Counted from the stretch's first letter, positions 35,299 to 45,089 are shown. The stretch: DNA of 64,000 nt from Thermoplasmata archaeon (GCA_035502035.1 DATJUZ010000007.1:36423-100422), one strand, 5' to 3'. Made by a program: numbers and translations. Notes: generated from the sequence alone by a model not told the origin.

Positions 35299-36818
35299 CC
35301 GACCGGCCGACCCCCGAGGAGCTCCACCGGGCTCGGCTCGTCGCACCGGACGGCCCGGCGGCGGTCTCCAACGTCGGCTACCTGCGCTCCCGCCCTCCCG
35401 AGGAGCGTGCCCGGCTCGCCGGCACGATCGCGCGGAAGCCGACCCGCTCGCTCTCCGGGGTCGCGGTCGTCGCCGTGATGACCGCGCCGGCGCGGTGCCC
35501 CCACGGCCGGTGCAACTACTGCCCGGGAGGCCTCGAGAGCCGCTCGCCCCAGAGCTACACGGGCGAGGAGCCGTCCGCGCTGCGCGGGGCCCAGTTCCAC
35601 TACGACGCCGAGCAGATCGTCCGCCATCGGCTCGCAGCGCTCGAGGAGATCGGCCACGCCACCTCGAAGGTCGAGGTGATCGTCATGGGCGGGACGTTCC
35701 CGAGCCGCCCCCTGACCTATCGGCGCTCCGTACTGAAGGGGATCTACGACGGCCTCAACGGGGCTCGGAGCGCCAACCTCGAGGCCGCGCGGGACCTCAA
35801 CGAGCACGCGGAGCATCGCCTGGTGGGGCTGACGGTCGAGACGCGGCCCGACTGGTGCGACGCGGCCGTCCTCGACCCGCTGCTCGAGTCCGGCCTCACC
35901 CGTGTCGAGCTCGGGGTCGAGTGCCTCGAGGAGACGGTCCTCCGGGCGGTCGGGAGGGCCCACGGCGTCGCCGAGGTCCTCGCGGCGAGCCGGTCGGCCC
36001 GCGACCGCGGGCTCAAGGTCGGCTTCCACCTGATGCTCGGCCTGCCGGGGATGGACCCGGCGTCCGACCTCGCGGGGTTCCGCCGGCTCTGGCGGGACGA
36101 GGAGCTGCGGCCGGATTTCCTCAAGATCTACCCCACGCTCGTCCTCCCGGCGACCCCCCTGTACGACGAGTGGCGCGCGGGCCGGTACGCGCCCTACGAC
36201 ACCCCCACCGCGGTCGAGCTGCTCGCGGCGATCAAGCGGGAGGTCCCGGCGTGGGTGCGGATTCACCGCATCCAGCGGGACATCCCCGCACGGCTGATCG
36301 CCGCGGGGGTCCGGACGAGCAACCTTCGCCAGCTCGCGCAGGAGCGTCTGCTTCGCGAGGGGAACGCGTGCCGCTGCCTCCGCTGCCGGGAGCCGGGACG
36401 CGGCGCCGGCGCCGAGCCCGCGGACCTGCAGTACAGCGAACGGTCCTACCGGGCGAACGGGGGGGAGGAGCGGTTCCTCGCCTTCGAGGACCCGGCGACC
36501 GACCGATGCGCCGCCTATCTTCGGCTCCGCTTTCCGCCGTCCCCGCGCCCGGGGGCACTGGGGGACCCGGTCGTCCGCGAGCTCAAGGTCGTCGGGCGAG
36601 AGCTGCCGGTCGGGGCCCCGGCGACGACCGCGGAGACCTACCAGCACCGCGGCCTGGGCCGGCGCCTCCTCGAGGCCGCGGAGGAAGCGAGCCGCGCCGC
36701 GGGCTTCGACCGACTGGTCGTGATCAGCGCCGTCGGGAGCCGGGCCTACTATCGACGGCACGGCTACGAGCGCGACGGACCGTATCTGGCGCTCCGGCTC
36801 CGCCCGGCGGCGGCGTGA
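35283..36818 (+). CDS. elp3: Elp3-family radical SAM / GNAT tRNA modification enzyme
   Basis: From ORF 34566..36818. The GTG at 35283 overlaps the fni end by 16 nt. Motifs include KPTRSLSGVAVVAVMT, CPHGRCNYCPGG and C-terminal GNAT QHRGLGRRLLEAAE. Confidence 0.85.
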   Translation: MAPALADRPTPEELHRARLVAPDGPAAVSNVGYLRSRPPEERARLAGTIARKPTRSLSGVAVVAVMTAPARCPHGRCNYCPGGLESRSPQSYTGEEPSALRGAQFHYDAEQIVRHRLAALEEIGHATSKVEVIVMGGTFPSRPLTYRRSVLKGIYDGLNGARSANLEAARDLNEHAEHRLVGLTVETRPDWCDAAVLDPLLESGLTRVELGVECLEETVLRAVGRAHGVAEVLAASRSARDRGLKVGFHLMLGLPGMDPASDLAGFRRLWRDEELRPDFLKIYPTLVLPATPLYDEWRAGRYAPYDTPTAVELLAAIKREVPAWVRIHRIQRDIPARLIAAGVRTSNLRQLAQERLLREGNACRCLRCREPGRGAGAEPADLQYSERSYRANGGEERFLAFEDPATDRCAAYLRLRFPPSPRPGALGDPVVRELKVVGRELPVGAPATTAETYQHRGLGRRLLEAAEEASRAAGFDRLVVISAVGSRAYYRRHGYERDGPYLALRLRPAAA

Positions 36819-36892
36819 GCGTCCCCCGGCCGCCGCTCCGCTCGCGCAACCCTTAAACCCGCACCCCGCTCGGCGACCGAAGGTGCCCCGGC

Positions 36893-38089
36893 ATGGCCCG
36901 TAACGTCCAGGTCGAACCGCTCCGCACCGTCCACATCGAGGACCAGCAGGTCGAGCTCGTCGAGCGGAAGGGGCTCGGCCACCCGGACTCGATCGCCGAC
37001 GGCGTCTCGGAGTCGGTCAGCCGCGCCCTCAGTCGGCTCTACCTCGACGAGTTCGGCAAGATCCTGCACCACAACACCGACGAGACCCAGGTCGTCGGCG
37101 GCGCCTCCGAGCCGAAGTTCGGCGGGGGACGCGTCACCAAGCCGGTCTACATCCTCCTGGTCGGTCGTGCGACGACCGAGGTCAACGGCGAGAAGCTGCC
37201 CTACCGCGACGTCGCCATCGAGGCGGCGCGCAAGTACGTCGGCTCGGTCTGCTCGCACGTCGACGTCGACCGCCAGGTCGAGTTCGACTGCCGGATCGGC
37301 CAGGGCTCGGTCGACCTGCGGGGGGTCTTCGACCAGAAGGAGGTGCTCGCGAACGATACGTCGTTCGGCGTCGGCTTCGCCCCGCTCTCGGACACCGAGC
37401 GGCTCGTGCTCGAGAGCGAGCGGTTCCTCACCCTGAAGCTCAAGAAGAAGCTCCCGGCGCTCGGCGAGGACGTCAAGGTGATGGGCTACCGTCAGGGGCC
37501 GAAGATCCGCCTGACCGTCGCGGCCGCGCTGGTCGACGCCGAGGTGAAGGACGGAAAAGAGTACACGAGCGTCTGCGAGGAGGTCCGCGACCGGCTCGCC
37601 GACCTCGCCTCGCGCCTCACCCGGCGGGAGGTCGCGATCGACGTCAACACGGCCGACGACCCGGAGCTCGGCCGCTACTACCTCACCGTCACCGGCTGTT
37701 CGATGGAGGCCGGCGACGACGGGTCGGTCGGCCGGGGCAACCGCGCCAACGGCCTCATCACCCCGTGCCGGCCGATGAGCCTCGAGGCCTCCGCCGGCAA
37801 GAACCCGGTGAACCACGTCGGCAAGATCTACAACATCCTCGGCAACATCGTCGCCAACGAGATCGTACAGCAGACCGGCGGCGACGTCAAGGAAGTCCAC
37901 GTGCGCATCCTCTCCCAGATCGGCAAGCCGGTCGACCAGCCGCAGGTCGCGAGCGTCCAGATCCTCCCGGCCGACGGCGTCCGGCTCGCCGCCGTGAAGG
38001 GCAAGGCCGAGGCGATCGCCCAGGCCGCGTTCGACGAGATCGAGTCGATCCCGCGCCGCCTGCTGACCGACAAGCTCACCGTCTTCTAA
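36893..38089 (+). CDS. mat: archaeal-type S-adenosylmethionine synthetase
   Basis: A 398-aa protein. [27 protein letters not shown] and [17 protein letters not shown] match the archaeal MAT family. Confidence 0.95.
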   Translation: MARNVQVEPLRTVHIEDQQVELVERKGLGHPDSIADGVSESVSRALSRLYLDEFGKILHHNTDETQVVGGASEPKFGGGRVTKPVYILLVGRATTEVNGEKLPYRDVAIEAARKYVGSVCSHVDVDRQVEFDCRIGQGSVDLRGVFDQKEVLANDTSFGVGFAPLSDTERLVLESERFLTLKLKKKLPALGEDVKVMGYRQGPKIRLTVAAALVDAEVKDGKEYTSVCEEVRDRLADLASRLTRREVAIDVNTADDPELGRYYLTVTGCSMEAGDDGSVGRGNRANGLITPCRPMSLEASAGKNPVNHVGKIYNILGNIVANEIVQQTGGDVKEVHVRILSQIGKPVDQPQVASVQILPADGVRLAAVKGKAEAIAQAAFDEIESIPRRLLTDKLTVF

Positions 38090-38182
38090 GCCCTCCGCCG
38101 CCGGACAGGCTCTAAATAGGGCCCGCCCCCCATAGCGTAGCCTCGGGACCGCGCTCCGCCGCCGGGGCCGCGGTCGGTCTCG

Positions 38183-39073
38183 GTGGCCGCGCTCAACCCG
38201 TACGAGTTCCTCGCGCTCGCGGTCGTCGCCCTCGTGCTCGTGGCGTTCGTCACGATCTACGTGCTGCGGACCTACCGCCTCCGGCGGCTCGCCTCGCTCC
38301 GCCAGACCGAGAGCACCCCCGCGCTCGCCCGCGACCGGGCCTACAACCGACTCGCGCTCGCCCGACGGGAGGCCGACCTCCTGGAGGCGCAGGGAGGCGA
38401 CGTCGCGCGGGCGAGGCAGCTGCTCGCCCTCTCCGACCACTCGCTGGCCTCCCGCGACTTCGACCGCGCCTACGAGCTCGCCCAGGCGGCGCACGAGACG
38501 CTCGTCCATTCCCGTCGGCAACCGGTCCGGGGTGCCCTGCCGCCCGGCACCGCTGCCCCGGACGCGCGGACCGGCCCGCTCCCGACGGCACCCGCGCCCG
38601 CACCGGTCGCGGCGGTGCCCAAGAACCGGGCCGAGGCGCAGTTCCAGCTCCGGCTCTTCGACCAGGAGCTCGCCGAGGCGAAGGCACGCAAGGCGGCCGG
38701 CCCCGGCGTCCCGGACGCCGGGCAGCTGAACGACGCGGCCCACTCCGCCTACGCGAACGGCGACTACGGCGAAGCGTTCCGGCTCGCGCTCCGGGGCCGA
38801 CGAAGGGTCGGGGGCCACGTCGAGGCGCTCGGCTCGCCCGCCCCCGCAGGTCCCGCGACGGCCGGAGGGCGGGGGGCCGACGACGCGACCCAGCTCGCCG
38901 AGCAGGTCGCCGCGGCCGACCGATGCCCGAGCTGCGGCCATCCGACCGTCTCCGGGGACGGGTTCTGCCGGGGCTGCGGGACCGCGTTCGCCCCCAGCAA
39001 CTGCCCGAAGTGCGGCGCGACGCGCCTGAGCACCGACACGTTCTGCGGCAAGTGCGGGCTGCGCTACGACTAG
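38183..39073 (+). CDS. membrane-anchored protein with a C-terminal double zinc ribbon
   Basis: A GTG start and an N-terminal TM segment (FLALAVVALVLVAFVTIYVL). The C-terminus is CPSCGHPTVSGDGFCRGCGTAFAPSNCPKCGATRLSTDTFCGKCG. Confidence 0.65.
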   Translation: MAALNPYEFLALAVVALVLVAFVTIYVLRTYRLRRLASLRQTESTPALARDRAYNRLALARREADLLEAQGGDVARARQLLALSDHSLASRDFDRAYELAQAAHETLVHSRRQPVRGALPPGTAAPDARTGPLPTAPAPAPVAAVPKNRAEAQFQLRLFDQELAEAKARKAAGPGVPDAGQLNDAAHSAYANGDYGEAFRLALRGRRRVGGHVEALGSPAPAGPATAGGRGADDATQLAEQVAAADRCPSCGHPTVSGDGFCRGCGTAFAPSNCPKCGATRLSTDTFCGKCGLRYD

Positions 39074-39077
39074 GCGC

Positions 39078-40400
39078 CTAGCCCGCGGCCCCGGGCTCGA
39101 GCCACTGCTCGAGCCGTCGCTGGGTCCGGGCCTCGTGCAGGAGCGCGCTCGCCTGGAGCCAGCGCTCGAGCGGGATCGCGAACCCGTCCCGGATCCGTCC
39201 GCCGAGCTCCTCGAGGCTGGCGAGGCGCTCCGGCGGCCGTCGCAGCGCCTCGCGCACGTGCTCCCGAACGTTCCAGACCCCGAGCGGGAGGATCTCGCCG
39301 GGGTGGACCTCGCGCAGGACCACGACCCCGGCCTGACGGCCGAGCCGCTGGAGCCCCTCCGCCGTCGCGAGCCGGGCGGCGTAGTAGCAGCCCCCGATCG
39401 AGGCGTAGGTCGTCCGGCCCTGGAACCCCTCGTGGTCGCCCATGACGATGACGCGGTCCGGGGACGGGTTCCAGACGGTGTTCGGATACCACGCCTCGAT
39501 CGACTCGTACCGGTAGCTTCCCGGCAGGAGGACGAGCCGCCATCGGTTGTCGAGGGCGGTGTACGAGTAGAGGAGGATCTCCGAGAGCTCAGGGAGCTCC
39601 CGCACCGACTCGAGCAGCCGCTTCGAGATCAGATCGTCGACCGCCGTGATGCTCCAGCGGGTCGGCACGAGGCGACGCCGTCCCCGCCGGCCGAGGGTCC
39701 CGACGCTGAAGGCCCGCTGGATCCGGCTCACCCGCACCCCGCGGTCGTACAGTTCCTCGACGGCCGTCTTCGCGTTGGCGTGGACATCCGAGCTGAGACG
39801 GTCGAGGTGCGGGTCGAGGCGGCGGACGTCGAGACGGAATCGCTCGAGGGGAGCGGAGGGGCCGAACGGGGGGGCTGAGTCGGAGAGAGCGAGGTGGCCG
39901 CGAGGGGGCCGACGGAACTCCGCCTCGCTCTCGACCGACTCGACCGCGAGGCCGAGCAGCTGGAGGCGCTCGAGCATCCCCTCCGCGCGGTCGGCGTCGG
40001 TGACGCGGTAGCGGGTCGTCCCGCGCACCAGCCCGGTCCGGAAGCCGACGACCTCCTCGACCGAGCGGCCGACCCACTCCTCCGGGGTGTCCATCACCTC
40101 GGTGGAACCGTGGAGGGGCGAGAGGAGCGGCCCGAGCGAGACCTTCGGGTAGCCGTACCGCCCGACGAAGACCCCGGGAGGCGAACTGCCGTCGAGCGAC
40201 GTCCCCTGGACCATCGGGAGCGTGCGCTCGAAGGCGCGGTACTTCACGAGGATCGGACAGACGGGCTTACCGCAGAGCAGCTGGGCCGAGCGGCAGCGCA
40301 GGCAGAGCGTCGGATCCTCCCGCAGACCGGGGATCGTCCAGGTCAGGGACGGGACCGGGGCGATCCCGGGGATCGGGACGGCGAACGAAGGCTCGGCCAT
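39078..40400 (-). CDS. nreA: Nre-family DNA repair protein
   Basis: This is the C-terminal 440 aa of ORF 39078..42464, from the ATG at 40398-40400 (MAEPSFAVPIPG). CLRCRSAQLLCGKPVCPILV, GVFVGRYGYPKV, VPTRWSITAVDD and IGGCYYAARL match NreA. Confidence 0.8.
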   Translation of the reverse strand: MAEPSFAVPIPGIAPVPSLTWTIPGLREDPTLCLRCRSAQLLCGKPVCPILVKYRAFERTLPMVQGTSLDGSSPPGVFVGRYGYPKVSLGPLLSPLHGSTEVMDTPEEWVGRSVEEVVGFRTGLVRGTTRYRVTDADRAEGMLERLQLLGLAVESVESEAEFRRPPRGHLALSDSAPPFGPSAPLERFRLDVRRLDPHLDRLSSDVHANAKTAVEELYDRGVRVSRIQRAFSVGTLGRRGRRRLVPTRWSITAVDDLISKRLLESVRELPELSEILLYSYTALDNRWRLVLLPGSYRYESIEAWYPNTVWNPSPDRVIVMGDHEGFQGRTTYASIGGCYYAARLATAEGLQRLGRQAGVVVLREVHPGEILPLGVWNVREHVREALRRPPERLASLEELGGRIRDGFAIPLERWLQASALLHEARTQRRLEQWLEPGAAG

Positions 40401-40476
40401 CGGCCGGTCCCTCCAGAGCTCCCCGCTATCTAACGGGAGAAGGCGAGGTCGTGGAACACCCGTGCTCGGGGCAGGG

Positions 40477-40484
40477 TCAAATAG
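40477..40484 (+). promoter_or_regulatory. TATA-like box (TCAAATAG) upstream of tRNA-Pro
   Basis: It ends 25 nt before tRNA position 1. Confidence 0.35.
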
Positions 40485-40508
40485 CGAGGGACGGTGGCCG
40501 CCCGCGCT

Positions 40509-40583
40509 GGGACTGTGGGGTAGCTTGGTCCATCCTTCGGGGTTCGGGACTCCGAGACGCCAGTTCAAATCTGGCCAGTCCCA
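40509..40583 (+). tRNA. tRNA-Pro (anticodon CGG)
   Basis: Folded by hand. The acceptor stem is GGGACTG/CAGTCCC. The T arm is GCCAG-TTCAAAT-CTGGC. The anticodon stem is CGGGG/CTCCG with loop TTCGGGA. The D-arm/junction spacing is slightly unusual. No CCA is encoded. Confidence 0.8.
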
Positions 40584-40624
40584 CTCGCCCGCGTCGACCG
40601 CGCGGCGCGGGAAGGGGTCGCCGG

Positions 40625-41296
40625 CTATCGAAGCTTCTCGACCAGCGCCCGCAGCGCCGCCCCGCCCTTGTGCAGGACCGGGCCTCCATGGTAGGTCATC
40701 AACGACTCGACCGAGAGCTGCCCCATTCGCCGGGCGGAGATGCGGGCCGTGGGCGTGTGGTGCGTGAAGTCGGGCACGGTCAGGATGACACCGTCGCCTT
40801 CTCCGAAGAACAGGTCCCCGGTGAAGAGCAGCTTGCGCTCCGGCTGGTAGTAGCAGAGGTGTCCCGGGGTGTGCCCGGGCGTGTGGTAGGCGATCAGCCC
40901 GCCGGCGGCGTCCACGGTGTCGCCGTCCTTGAGCGTCTCGTCGACCCGGAACGGCTCGGCCGGCGGCGAGCCCGGCCCATCGTACGTCGGGTCCATCGCG
41001 ATGTAGGCGGCCTCGATCCAGTGAGCGAACGTTCGGGCGCGCGTCCGTTCGGCGAGGACCTTGAGCGAACCGGTGTGATCGCGGTGCAGGTGCGTCAGCA
41101 GGATCTTTGATACGGCGCTCGGGTCGACCTTGATCTTCGCGAGGTAGGCGAGCGTCGCGGCGTGGGTCCCCGGCAACCCTGCGTCCAGCAGCGTCCACGT
41201 CGCGCCCTTGTCCTTCAACAGGTAGACGTGGGTAGAGAAGTCGGGCGACGGGTCGACGCCTTCCACCTGGTGCACCCCGGGCAGGATCTCGGCCAT
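40625..41296 (-). CDS. MBL-fold metallo-hydrolase
   Basis: A 223-aa protein. THLHRDHTG (the HxHxDH motif) and HTPGHTPGH are typical. Confidence 0.85.
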   Translation of the reverse strand: MAEILPGVHQVEGVDPSPDFSTHVYLLKDKGATWTLLDAGLPGTHAATLAYLAKIKVDPSAVSKILLTHLHRDHTGSLKVLAERTRARTFAHWIEAAYIAMDPTYDGPGSPPAEPFRVDETLKDGDTVDAAGGLIAYHTPGHTPGHLCYYQPERKLLFTGDLFFGEGDGVILTVPDFTHHTPTARISARRMGQLSVESLMTYHGGPVLHKGGAALRALVEKLR

Positions 41297-41320
41297 GGCT
41301 CCCCACCGAGGGTCCGGGCG

Positions 41321-42373
41321 TTAAAGGCCGTTCCGGCCCGACTCCCGCGCGACGGTCGTGGGCCCGGCCGTCGGCGCGGCGGCGCGTGCGCCCCAGGCGG
41401 CGCCGAGGGCGCTCACCGAGCGCGCGACCTCTGCCGGGTCGAGTCCCCCGAAGTCGACGATGCCGAGCACCTCGTCGACGCCGATCCCCTCGAGGCGCTC
41501 GAGGCCGGCGACGACCGATCGGCCGGAGCCGAACAGGGCGAGACCGCTCGCCTCGATAGCGTCCGGGCTCGCGTGCTCCGGCCGCTCCGTGACCTTCCGT
41601 TGCAAGAACGTCGAACCGGACCGGAGGCGGCTTTCCACGTAGCGGTGGAACGCTGCTCGGGCGAGCTCCGGCCGCTCGCCGACGTAGAGGTGCACTGCCA
41701 CCGTCACCTGGGCCGCGGCGCCGTCGGGCAGCGCCGCGCGGTAGGCCCGGATCTGCGTGCCCAGCTCCTCGATCGAGGCGACGGTCGCGTAGGGAATGAG
41801 CGCGAGCGAGGCGCCTCGACGGGCCACGTGAGGGATCGCTTCCGGCCGCTGGACGGCGATCCACACCGGCGGATGCGGCTGCTGGACCGGGCGGACGTTC
41901 AAGCGGACCGGCACCGCAGCCGGGCCGTCGGCGCGCACCGCGGATCCCCCGAACGCCTCCAGGATCGTGGCCAGCGCCCGGTCGAACCGGGCGCGCTTCT
42001 CCGCCGGGTCGACCCCGAATCCCTCGAACTCGCTGGCGAGGTAGCCGCTGCCGACCCCGAAGTTGAGCCGGCCGCCCGAGAGCCGGTCGAGCACCGAGAA
42101 CTCCTCCGCTACGTCCAACGGGCGGTGGAACGGCAGGACGCTGACGAGAGAACCGAGCCGGATCCGCTCGGTGCGCATCGCGCACGCGGCGAGCAGGACC
42201 GCCGGAGACGGGCACACGCCGTCGTCCCGGAAGTGGTGCTCGGCGACCCAGAGCGAGTGAAGCCCGGCCGCCTCGACCGCCTCCGCGAGACGCACGACCT
42301 CGACGAGCCGGTCCGCGGCCCCCCCCGGTCGATCGGGGTAGGCGTCCACGACCGTGAAGACCCCGAGCTGCAC
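41321..42373 (-). CDS. LLM-class flavin/F420-dependent oxidoreductase
   Basis: A 350-aa protein. LHSLWVAEHHF and GGRLNFGVGSGY match the luciferase-like monooxygenase pattern. Confidence 0.85.
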   Translation of the reverse strand: MQLGVFTVVDAYPDRPGGAADRLVEVVRLAEAVEAAGLHSLWVAEHHFRDDGVCPSPAVLLAACAMRTERIRLGSLVSVLPFHRPLDVAEEFSVLDRLSGGRLNFGVGSGYLASEFEGFGVDPAEKRARFDRALATILEAFGGSAVRADGPAAVPVRLNVRPVQQPHPPVWIAVQRPEAIPHVARRGASLALIPYATVASIEELGTQIRAYRAALPDGAAAQVTVAVHLYVGERPELARAAFHRYVESRLRSGSTFLQRKVTERPEHASPDAIEASGLALFGSGRSVVAGLERLEGIGVDEVLGIVDFGGLDPAEVARSVSALGAAWGARAAAPTAGPTTVARESGRNGL

Positions 42374-42493
42374 GACCGCGGCGACGCTCCTCGGCTTGAA
42401 GGCATTTCGCGGACCGAGCCCCCGTTCGCGCGGCGCCCTGCCGGGCGGGGATAGCCGTGGCCAACGCGTCCGGGGTCCTGGATTCCGTCGGCC

Positions 42494-42505
42494 GAAAAGG
42501 CTAAC
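42494..42505 (+). promoter_or_regulatory. A-rich TATA-like element upstream of tRNA-Ala
   Basis: GAAAAGGCTAAC ends 27 nt before tRNA position 1. Confidence 0.3.
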
Positions 42506-42531
42506 CCGGAGCCGGTCCGAACGTCTTCCGT

Positions 42532-42605
42532 GGGCTGGTAGATCAGCACGGAAGATCGCCGGTTTTGCAAACCGGAGGCCTCGGGTTCAAATCCCGACCA
42601 GTCCA
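42532..42605 (+). tRNA. tRNA-Ala (anticodon TGC)
   Basis: Folded by hand. The acceptor stem GGGCTGG/CCAGTCC carries the G3:U70 alanine identity pair. The D stem is GATC/GATC. The anticodon stem is CCGGT/ACCGG with loop TTTGCAA. The T arm is TCGGG-TTCAAAT-CCCGA. Confidence 0.9.
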
Positions 42606-42608
42606 TTC

Positions 42609-42662
42609 GCCCTTCGGGGGCCCCGGCACTCGTCCTCGAGTGCACGAGGTACCTGGATTTTT
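42609..42662 (+). terminator. hairpins plus a T5 run downstream of tRNA-Ala
   Basis: The first hairpin is GCCC-TTCG(G)-GGGC. The second is GCACTCG-TCCT-CGAGTGC (42626-42643). TTTTT follows at 42658-42662. Oligo-T is the usual archaeal termination signal. Confidence 0.4.
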
Positions 42663-42967
42663 CACCCCGGAGGCGTGACCCATCCACGGACGCCAAGCTC
42701 GCGAACGGGTGCGGCTCCGGCTCCCGCACTGAAACCAAGGGACTCCGGAGGGGCCAGCGGACGTCCGGCGGTAGGGTCTGTTCGTTGGAGATGCAAGTCG
42801 GGAGGTGCCAGGGTGCCCCGCCTCGGCGATACGAGGGACCAGCGCTAGCCCGGTATGCAGATCGGCGGCGCTGATCCTGAGGCTGCGGGCTGCTCGCGAA
42901 TCCGAACGATGCGAGCACCAACGCCCGGCATTCAATATAGTGCGGGCGTCTGCCTGCTTCGAACAGT

Positions 42968-43954
42968 GTGAGGCCGGCGAGTGACTCGGACGGGCTGCCT
43001 GTCGGGGCGGCCTTGGGGCTGGAGCACGTCGTATTCCCCGTCAGGGACCTTTCCGATGCTTCGGAGACCTTCCAACAGGATCTCGGGTTTGCTGTAACTC
43101 CGGGGACGCCTCACGCGTCGGGGACGATCGACAACTCGGTCATTTTCGCGAACGAGGGCTACATCGAGCTTCTCGGAATCCACGATCCTCTCTCGAAAGC
43201 CCCGATCGTGGAAGAAGTGAAGACCATCCTGTCCAAGCGGGAGGGGCCGGTGACCATCGGCGTCCGTGTCGCGAGCGTTTCGGCCTCGGTCGAGTACTTC
43301 AAAGCGCGGGGGTGCGAGGTTCGTGGCCCGAACGAATCCCGATTCCCGGACCCGGAGACGGGACAGCTCTCGCCTCCGCTCTACTCCAACCTGGAGATCG
43401 TAGGGGATCGACCCTACGTCCGGGACCAGATCTTCTTTTTGGAGAAGTTAGAGAAGAACTTCCAGGAATACCACACGACCAACGCCCGTGCCGCAGCATA
43501 CCTCCGGAGCTGGGTGACGGTCCACCCCAACACGGCTCGACGCATCGGAGCCGCTTGGCTGGCGGTCGATGACGTGGAGAAGGCTGCTACCGCCTATGCC
43601 GACATCGGACTGAAGGCCCGTCCGGTACGCCCAGCGTCCGTGCCGGGGGTCGATGTGGCTGCGATCCGCTTGGGGACCGGCTCCCTGCTGCTCGCCCAGC
43701 CCCGGGCGTCGTCCAGCCCGTTTTCCGACGTCCTCTCGGATGGCGGAGGAGCTGCCGCGATGGTGGGGATCTCGATCGAAGTCGCCTCGATAGAGGACGC
43801 GGCAAGCTCGCTCGGACCGGACGTGCGCAGGTCCGCCCGCTACGACGGATGGTTCGGAAGGAGCTTCCAGGTCCTTCCAGATCAGGCCCATGGGGCATGG
43901 TTGGAGTTCTACGAGGCCGCTCGACCCGCCCGTCCTGAGACCGGGACTCCGTAG
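42968..43954 (+). CDS. VOC (glyoxalase/bleomycin-resistance fold) family protein in a low-GC islet
   Basis: A 328-aa protein with a GTG start; AATATA lies about 30 nt upstream. LEHVVFPVRDLSDASETFQQDLGF and NEGYIELLG are glyoxalase-like. Local GC is about 53-58% in three 60-nt samples I counted. Confidence 0.75.
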   Translation: MRPASDSDGLPVGAALGLEHVVFPVRDLSDASETFQQDLGFAVTPGTPHASGTIDNSVIFANEGYIELLGIHDPLSKAPIVEEVKTILSKREGPVTIGVRVASVSASVEYFKARGCEVRGPNESRFPDPETGQLSPPLYSNLEIVGDRPYVRDQIFFLEKLEKNFQEYHTTNARAAAYLRSWVTVHPNTARRIGAAWLAVDDVEKAATAYADIGLKARPVRPASVPGVDVAAIRLGTGSLLLAQPRASSSPFSDVLSDGGGAAAMVGISIEVASIEDAASSLGPDVRRSARYDGWFGRSFQVLPDQAHGAWLEFYEAARPARPETGTP

Positions 43955-44486
43955 AGCGGAGCCAACGGATGCCGGGGTGACCACCGGCATTCTCCCTCCG
44001 CCACGACCCGTTCCAGGGCGAGGGGTCTACCAGAGTCGAACCTGGAGGGGCGTCAACGCTCCGGTCCCGGCCCCACGGTTTCCGGCGAAGAGTGGTCGTT
44101 GGGCCCCGGGGGGAGTTCGGTCACCGTCGGGGGCACGGGTCGGCCGGCCACCGTAAACCTGCGACTTCTGGGATTCGCACGATCCCGTCGCTACAGGCTC
44201 GCCGGCCAGGGGCGTGGCCCCGTTGACGGGGCGCATCGCGCCGGACCCGGTCGGGAACGGCGCAGACGCGCCTCGGTACGATGCTCCAAGCCCCGGGGGG
44301 GATTGCTCCGACCCGTCCACTCCTCTACGCGCTTGGGCCGACCCCATCGCTCCGCCTCCCCAAGAACGGCACGGCGGGGGAGAGAGATCCGGATGCGAAG
44401 CGAACCGGAGACCGGGTCGCGCCCCTCGATCCGGCCGAACGGACGGGCCCCGGGCAGGCCGTCGCGGGGTCGATGCGGCGCGGGGG

Positions 44487-45089
44487 CTACGCTCCGGCCT
44501 TCGGCGTACCGGCGCCGGTACTGGGCTCCTCTGCGCGGGGCGTGGCGGCCTCCGCGGGGGGTTCGCCGGCGCCGCCGAGCGGGGACGGGGGGCCGGCGAC
44601 CTCCGGCTCGGAGGACGGGGCGTTCTCGGCCGTTCTCTCCAGAATGCGTTCGAGCTGCTCGCGGGTCAGCCAGAAGCTGGCGATGCGGCGATCGCGCGGC
44701 GGGCCGTGCGCGTAACGCAGGCGGCCCCACCTCTCCGAGGGCGGAAACCGAGCCGTCAGGAGGGAGCTCCACCGGACTCGAGTGGTCCGGAGCGGGCGGA
44801 CGACAACGACCCCCGTCGCCTCGAGACCGAGGCGGGTCGTCGTGACGGCGAGCACGAGCACGGCGATCGGCAGGTCGATGCCGAGGAGCGTCACCCAGAA
44901 CACGATCGTCTCCACGCCCGACGGTCCGACCGGCTGGAAGAGGAGGACCCGCCGGGCGGAGCCTCTCGCGCCGGAGGCGGTCAGGTCGCCCAGGAACGCG
45001 GCCGCCGTGCCGAGCAACCAGCCGAGCGCGGCGTAGATCCGCAGCGGCAGACCCCGGCTGGGGATCCACTCCGTAGGTCTCCAGGGCAT
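44487..45089 (-). CDS. hypothetical membrane protein
   Basis: From ORF 44487..45122, using the ATG at 45087-45089 (MPWRPTEW). It has three predicted TM helices, then a soluble region and an acidic Pro-rich tail. Confidence 0.6.
   Translation of the reverse strand: MPWRPTEWIPSRGLPLRIYAALGWLLGTAAAFLGDLTASGARGSARRVLLFQPVGPSGVETIVFWVTLLGIDLPIAVLVLAVTTTRLGLEATGVVVVRPLRTTRVRWSSLLTARFPPSERWGRLRYAHGPPRDRRIASFWLTREQLERILERTAENAPSSEPEVAGPPSPLGGAGEPPAEAATPRAEEPSTGAGTPKAGA

Noticed and set aside
40401-42464. The N-terminal 688 aa of ORF 39078..42464.
   Set aside because: Only the last 440 aa (from the ATG at 40400) look like NreA. The upstream part is RPG-rich and runs through tRNA-Pro, the MBL hydrolase gene and the LLM oxidoreductase gene.
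42606-42967. rRNA, RNase P or SRP RNA following tRNA-Ala.
   Set aside because: None of the conserved motifs I know appears on either strand. These include RNase P GAGGAAAGUCC, SRP GGAAGGGAGCA-type helix 8 and 5S features.
44020-44060. A tRNA-like T-arm signature (GAGTCGAACCTGG) in the gene-poor stretch.
   Set aside because: I could not build a 5-bp T stem with a 7-nt loop or a matching acceptor stem on either strand, so it is probably chance.
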